A stretch of DNA of 64,000 nt, taken from NCBI GenBank assembly GCA_033549025.1, contig JAWSUS010000004.1:32001-96000 (forward strand). The letters are read 5' to 3'. Each line of letters starts with the position of its first letter. The first letter of the stretch is position 1. Made by a program: the position numbers and the translations under genes. Positions 59,905-64,000 of this stretch are shown one piece after another. This stretch comes from Desulfuromonadales bacterium (lineage in GTDB: Bacteria; Desulfobacterota; Desulfuromonadia; Desulfuromonadales; SZUA-540). The notes below the pieces were generated by a model. The model did no database searches. It saw only the letters and a list, made by a program, of their open reading frames with translations, and was not told where the DNA came from.

Positions 59905-62693
59905 GATGGCTCGCTGTTCTGACCCTGGGCGGCCTGCTGATCATCTCAACCCTGTTCATCGGGGAAGGGCGGGCCGAGAACGGGATCACCGCCCCCTATG
60001 ATCAGGAACTCTATGACTTGAGCTACGAGGTTTTTCTGGCCAACAGCAAACCGGCCGATGCCCTCGGGGTGGCGGAAAAGGCTCTGGCCCAGCAGCCGGG
60101 TCACCGGGGTTGGCTGCGGCGGGCGGCCCAGGCCGCCGACTGGTCCAATGAGCCGGAAAAGGCGCTTCGCTACTGGTTTACCCTGGCTTCGCGCAACGAA
60201 GCCGCAACCGTCCGTGCCATCCAACTTGCTCGTAGTCTGAACGATCTGCCCCGTCTCAAGGTGCTGATCGGTTATCAGCTCGCTCGCCACGACGATCCTG
60301 ATCTTCTGCTAGAGTACATTCGTCTGGCCGAGGAAACCGGCCGACCGGAAGAAGCCCTTCGCCGTCTGCAACAAACCGCCGCAGGCTGGCCGGAGACCCT
60401 GGTTCTGGAGCAGCAATTCCGTCTGCTGGATCAAAGCGGCTATCCCCTTGAAGCGCTGGCGACCCTGGAAAAGCTGGCAGACATAAGACCCTTGACGGCG
60501 GCTGAAGCCTTGAGAGGTGCCGGCCTGTGGGCAGGGGTAGGGCAGCCGGAGAAGGCCTGGGAATTGCTGCAACGGACAGCTCCTTCCATGGATGTTGGGG
60601 AAAGCCTCTTCTGGGAAGGGGTCAGTGATCTGGGTTGGGGGCTGGGTCATACGGAGATGGCCGGCAACGCCTCGAAAATACTGGTCGATAATGGGGTAGG
60701 GCGGTTTCAGGATTATCAGCGTCTGGTCGAACTGTGGCGGGAAGAAAATCCCGAAGCTGGTTACGAGACGGCTCTGGCCGGCTGGGTTAAGCACCGCTAT
60801 CCCTACCTTCTGCTGGTGGCCCTGGATACCGGCATCGCCCTGGGCCGGTGGGAACAGCTTGACCGCACCCTCAATGGTCTCTCTCCGCAAGAGCGCGCGG
60901 CTTTGGAAGAATTGGCCATCTATTGGCAATACAAAGCCCAGATTGCCCGCCATCGGGGAGAAACGGAACTCGTTCGCCACTACAGCCTGGAAGCTTTGCG
61001 CCGAGAGCCAGCCAATGAAGCCATCATGGCGTCTCATCTATGGCTCCTGCTTGACATCGGCGCGGTTGGCGAGGCGGCGCGCCTGGCCGACGAATGGGGT
61101 GCATCCGCAGAATCCGCCTTCTTTCTGCAGGAGACCCTGGGAGTCGTTTACCTGGCCGCCGGAAAACCCCTGCAGGCCCTGGCCTTTTACCGCGCGGCGC
61201 TGGCGAGACAGCGCGACAACCCCTTCTGGCTGGCCTCCTACGCCGATCTGCTGGAACAGGCCGGATACCACCGAACATCCTACCAGGCCAGGCTGACGGC
61301 CTTGCGTATCCTGCGCCGTCAGGGGGGGCAGTCCTGGAGTGCGGTCGAGAAGAAAGAGCGTGACCGGCTGATTGCCCAACTGGGTTTGCAGATGAAACCC
61401 GGGGATGCCCATGACGCGCTGATGCGTCGCCTGGCCGAAGGTCGGGAGGCGCCCGCCCGCGACCTGGTGACCGGCTGGCTTCTCTCCCGGGGCTGGCCCG
61501 ATCAGGCGAGGCTGTGGTTCCTGCGGGCCTATGTTCGTTCAACGGAGAAACCCGACTGGGCCGAACTGGATCTCGCCCTGCAGGACAATGATCGTCCCGC
61601 CATGGCCAGACTGCTGTCACAAACGCCGGAACGTCTGCCGGTGCCGGCGGTTGTGGAGGCCAGCCGTCGTCTCGGCCAGTTGCCGCAGGCGGAGACGCTG
61701 GCCTTCGAACACTTTCAACGTCAGGCGCAGGATTCTCTCTTCGATGCCCAGGTGCGGGATCTCTTCGATGACCGACGCTCCGAGGTCTCCTATCGGTTCG
61801 GTCTTCTTGAGCAGGATGGCGCCGTTTTTGTGGAGAACCAACTGGCGGTCGCAGCACGTGCCAATGATCGCTGGTCCGCCCTGGTGGAGGCCTTCCGGAT
61901 TGAACAGCCCGCCGCCGAAGCCGGCAAATTGGCCAATCCCCCGGACGCGGCTACAGGCTTTCGGCTGGGGGCTTCACGCCTCCATCCCGAGGGCAAGCTC
62001 ACTCTCATCGGCGGGCGCAGCGAGGCAGTCTATCCTTTCTGGACACTGGCCTTTTCCGCCGAACAGAGGGTCTCTTCCCGCCTGACGCTGAATGCGGGCC
62101 TGGCTCTCGGGGTACAGGCAGAAGAGAATGTTCCCTTACGGGTCGGGGGGCTTAAAGATGAGGCGACGCTGGAAGCTTTTTGGACCCTGGCTCCGCGCAC
62201 CGGTCTCGGGGGGCGTCTTAGTCTGCTGGCCCTTCGGGATCAGGCCCGACGGTCTCTGGCGGAAGGAACCGGGGCGGATATCGAGCTGACCCATCGCCTG
62301 GCGGTGGCCTGGCCGGACTTGGGATTGCGTCTGTTCGGAGGCTATCACGACTATGGCCATGCCGGTCTGCCCCAGGGCCGTACCCTTGCTCTGGTTCCGG
62401 CGGGAGCAGACCCCGGCAGCTTTTTCGTACCGGAAAGTTATGCCCAGTTCGGCGCGGGGCTCTTCTTTGGTCAGGACTGGAGGTCGGCCTATACGAGAGA
62501 CTGGAAGGCCTTTGGCGCGGCGGATAGCCGCTGGAACAGCGTGTCGGGCATGGGGTATCGCTATGAACTGGGCGCCGTCGGGCCCCTGTTCGGTCTCGAC
62601 GCCCTGCAGATTTCTTTCTCACAGGACAGCGGTTCCTTCGGACGCGGCGATGTGGCAACCCAGTTTATGTTGAATTATCGGATGTATTTTTAA
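59901..62693 (+). CDS. pelB: Pel export outer-membrane TPR/beta-barrel protein PelB (main part)
   Basis: Own signal peptide, TPRs, C-terminal beta-strands (AEENVPLRVGGLKD, GPLFGLDAL), and terminal YRMYF. Confidence 0.85.
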   Translation: MRWLAVLTLGGLLIISTLFIGEGRAENGITAPYDQELYDLSYEVFLANSKPADALGVAEKALAQQPGHRGWLRRAAQAADWSNEPEKALRYWFTLASRNEAATVRAIQLARSLNDLPRLKVLIGYQLARHDDPDLLLEYIRLAEETGRPEEALRRLQQTAAGWPETLVLEQQFRLLDQSGYPLEALATLEKLADIRPLTAAEALRGAGLWAGVGQPEKAWELLQRTAPSMDVGESLFWEGVSDLGWGLGHTEMAGNASKILVDNGVGRFQDYQRLVELWREENPEAGYETALAGWVKHRYPYLLLVALDTGIALGRWEQLDRTLNGLSPQERAALEELAIYWQYKAQIARHRGETELVRHYSLEALRREPANEAIMASHLWLLLDIGAVGEAARLADEWGASAESAFFLQETLGVVYLAAGKPLQALAFYRAALARQRDNPFWLASYADLLEQAGYHRTSYQARLTALRILRRQGGQSWSAVEKKERDRLIAQLGLQMKPGDAHDALMRRLAEGREAPARDLVTGWLLSRGWPDQARLWFLRAYVRSTEKPDWAELDLALQDNDRPAMARLLSQTPERLPVPAVVEASRRLGQLPQAETLAFEHFQRQAQDSLFDAQVRDLFDDRRSEVSYRFGLLEQDGAVFVENQLAVAARANDRWSALVEAFRIEQPAAEAGKLANPPDAATGFRLGASRLHPEGKLTLIGGRSEAVYPFWTLAFSAEQRVSSRLTLNAGLALGVQAEENVPLRVGGLKDEATLEAFWTLAPRTGLGGRLSLLALRDQARRSLAEGTGADIELTHRLAVAWPDLGLRLFGGYHDYGHAGLPQGRTLALVPAGADPGSFFVPESYAQFGAGLFFGQDWRSAYTRDWKAFGAADSRWNSVSGMGYRYELGAVGPLFGLDALQISFSQDSGSFGRGDVATQFMLNYRMYF

Positions 62694-62718
62694 CGGTATG
62701 AAGGATACGGAGGTAATT

Positions 62719-63243
62719 ATGAAGAGACTCGTGTTTCTGGTCATCACCCTGATGTTGCTGGCCGCCGGCTGCACCACTATCCACCAGTCAGCCCGAGGGA
62801 CCGTTCCGCTGGAGGCGGAATGGGTGGTGCTGCCCTTTGTCAACAACACGGAGACACCCTACGCCGCCGAACGGGCCGAAGCCATTACTACGGCGCTGCT
62901 CTACGCGCGCGGCGTGCAGCAGGTGAAGCTCGTCCCGGCCGAGGTTCTGCAGGAGGACTCGCTTCTGCCCAGCCGTGGTGAAAAGAACCTGCAGACGGCT
63001 CTGCAGTGGGCTCAGAATCGGGGCATCGCGTATGCCGTTTCCGGCACAGTCACCGAATGGCGCTATAAGGTCGGTCTCGATGGCGAGCCGGTCGCCGGCG
63101 TGACCCTGCAGGTTCTGGCCCTGCCCGGCGGGGAGGTCGTCTGGTCGGGGAGCGCCAGCAAAAGCGGCTGGAGCCGGGCTTCGGTCAGCGCGGTGGGACA
63201 GCAGATACTGGAGAAACTCATTTCTTCCATTGAGGTTCGCTGA
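62719..63243 (+). CDS. pelC: Pel export outer-membrane lipoprotein PelC
   Basis: Lipobox LAAGC; LPFVNNTETPYAAERAE, EWRYKVGLDGEPVAG and GWSR motifs. ATG 62719 after GGAGG. Confidence 0.93.
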   Translation: MKRLVFLVITLMLLAAGCTTIHQSARGTVPLEAEWVVLPFVNNTETPYAAERAEAITTALLYARGVQQVKLVPAEVLQEDSLLPSRGEKNLQTALQWAQNRGIAYAVSGTVTEWRYKVGLDGEPVAGVTLQVLALPGGEVVWSGSASKSGWSRASVSAVGQQILEKLISSIEVR

Positions 63244-63246
63244 CCT

Positions 63247-64000
63247 ATGCGCTGGTTTCCCGAACGGGGTTCACAGTTGACGGCTTCGGCCTGGGTGGAG
63301 AGCCTGGTCATCGTGCTCGTCGTTCTGGGGTTGGGGTTTTTTCTCCGTCCGCAGGATCCCTTCTTTTTACAGGCGGACTTCCCCTGGCTCTGGTTCGCGC
63401 CTCTTTTAGTGGCTCTGCGCTACGGCATGGCGCCGGCGATGACTTCGGTAGCCCTGTTGGCTGCGGCCTGGCTGCTTGCCCGCTGGGCTGGGCATGTCGC
63501 CGGTGATTTTCCGTTACTGCCCATGGCTGGAGGGGTTCTGTTGACCCTGGTGAGCGCTCAGTTCAGTACCGTCTGGAATCAGCGACTGCGGCGGGCCAAA
63601 CAGGTGGCCAGCCACGCAGAGGAGCGCTTTGAGCAGCTTTCCCGCGCCTATTTCATGGTGCGTCAATCCCATGACCGACTGGAGCAGAACCTGATCAGCA
63701 AGCCGGTCACCTTGCGTCAGGCCATGATGGACCTCCGGCAATTGCTGAGCCAAACAGACGGTGGTCTGCAGCGGGATACCGCTACTGAGCTTCTGGGCAT
63801 TTTGTCTACCTACTGTTCGCTTGAAAGTGCGGCTATTCACGAGGTGGTCAACGGAAAGGTCGCGGCTGAACCCCTGGCTTTTTGCGGCCGAGGGGGACTT
63901 TTCGTGGAAGACGACCAATTACTCAAGGCCGCCGTGGAATCGGGCAATATGGCTTACCAGGCGGTCAACCGCCTTCGCCGCGAAGAGCGCAGTCACTACC
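63247..64000 (+). CDS. pelD: c-di-GMP receptor PelD (truncated by the window end)
   Basis: Not in the ORF track. My translation from ATG 63247 gives ...PQDPFFLQADFPWLWFAPLLVALRYG...VRQSHDRLEQNLISKPVTLR, typical of PelD. Confidence 0.9.
   Translation, partial: MRWFPERGSQLTASAWVESLVIVLVVLGLGFFLRPQDPFFLQADFPWLWFAPLLVALRYGMAPAMTSVALLAAAWLLARWAGHVAGDFPLLPMAGGVLLTLVSAQFSTVWNQRLRRAKQVASHAEERFEQLSRAYFMVRQSHDRLEQNLISKPVTLRQAMMDLRQLLSQTDGGLQRDTATELLGILSTYCSLESAAIHEVVNGKVAAEPLAFCGRGGLFVEDDQLLKAAVESGNMAYQAVNRLRREERSHY

Overview
GC-rich bacterial chromosome segment whose gene content and order suggest a Desulfuromonas/Geobacter-like deltaproteobacterium (inference). Bases 1-31.6 kb are mostly housekeeping and metabolic genes: pgpA (partial), larC/larB, ftsK, uppP, rnj, plsC, ssb, a HEAT/HD-GYP pair, an acyl-CoA ligase, coaE, an IclR regulator, a USP, an ActP-like symporter, truD, trmB, a cytochrome c, aroF, fprA, an AGCS symporter, priA and gdhA. 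The most interesting part is 31.9-55.9 kb, a ~24-kb apparent operon behind a sigma-54-type promoter, a c-di-GMP-I (GEMM) riboswitch and an attenuator terminator. It encodes a 2848-aa secreted fibre of ~15 DUF11/isopeptide-type Ig-like modules and a 1716-aa protein with three OmpA-like domains and a very large predicted beta-barrel. It also encodes a complete Agl-Glt-like core: three TPR proteins, a GltF-like protein, one TolQ/ExbB, two ExbD/TolR and a TonB-like AgmX/PglI protein. I read this as a candidate proton-motive-force-driven surface-fibre export or movement machine of undescribed function. A Pel exopolysaccharide operon follows directly (pelA, a split pelB, pelC, and pelD truncated by the window end). 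No tRNA, rRNA, CRISPR array, integrase or IS element was recognised. All assignments come from motif recognition by eye; no searches were run.
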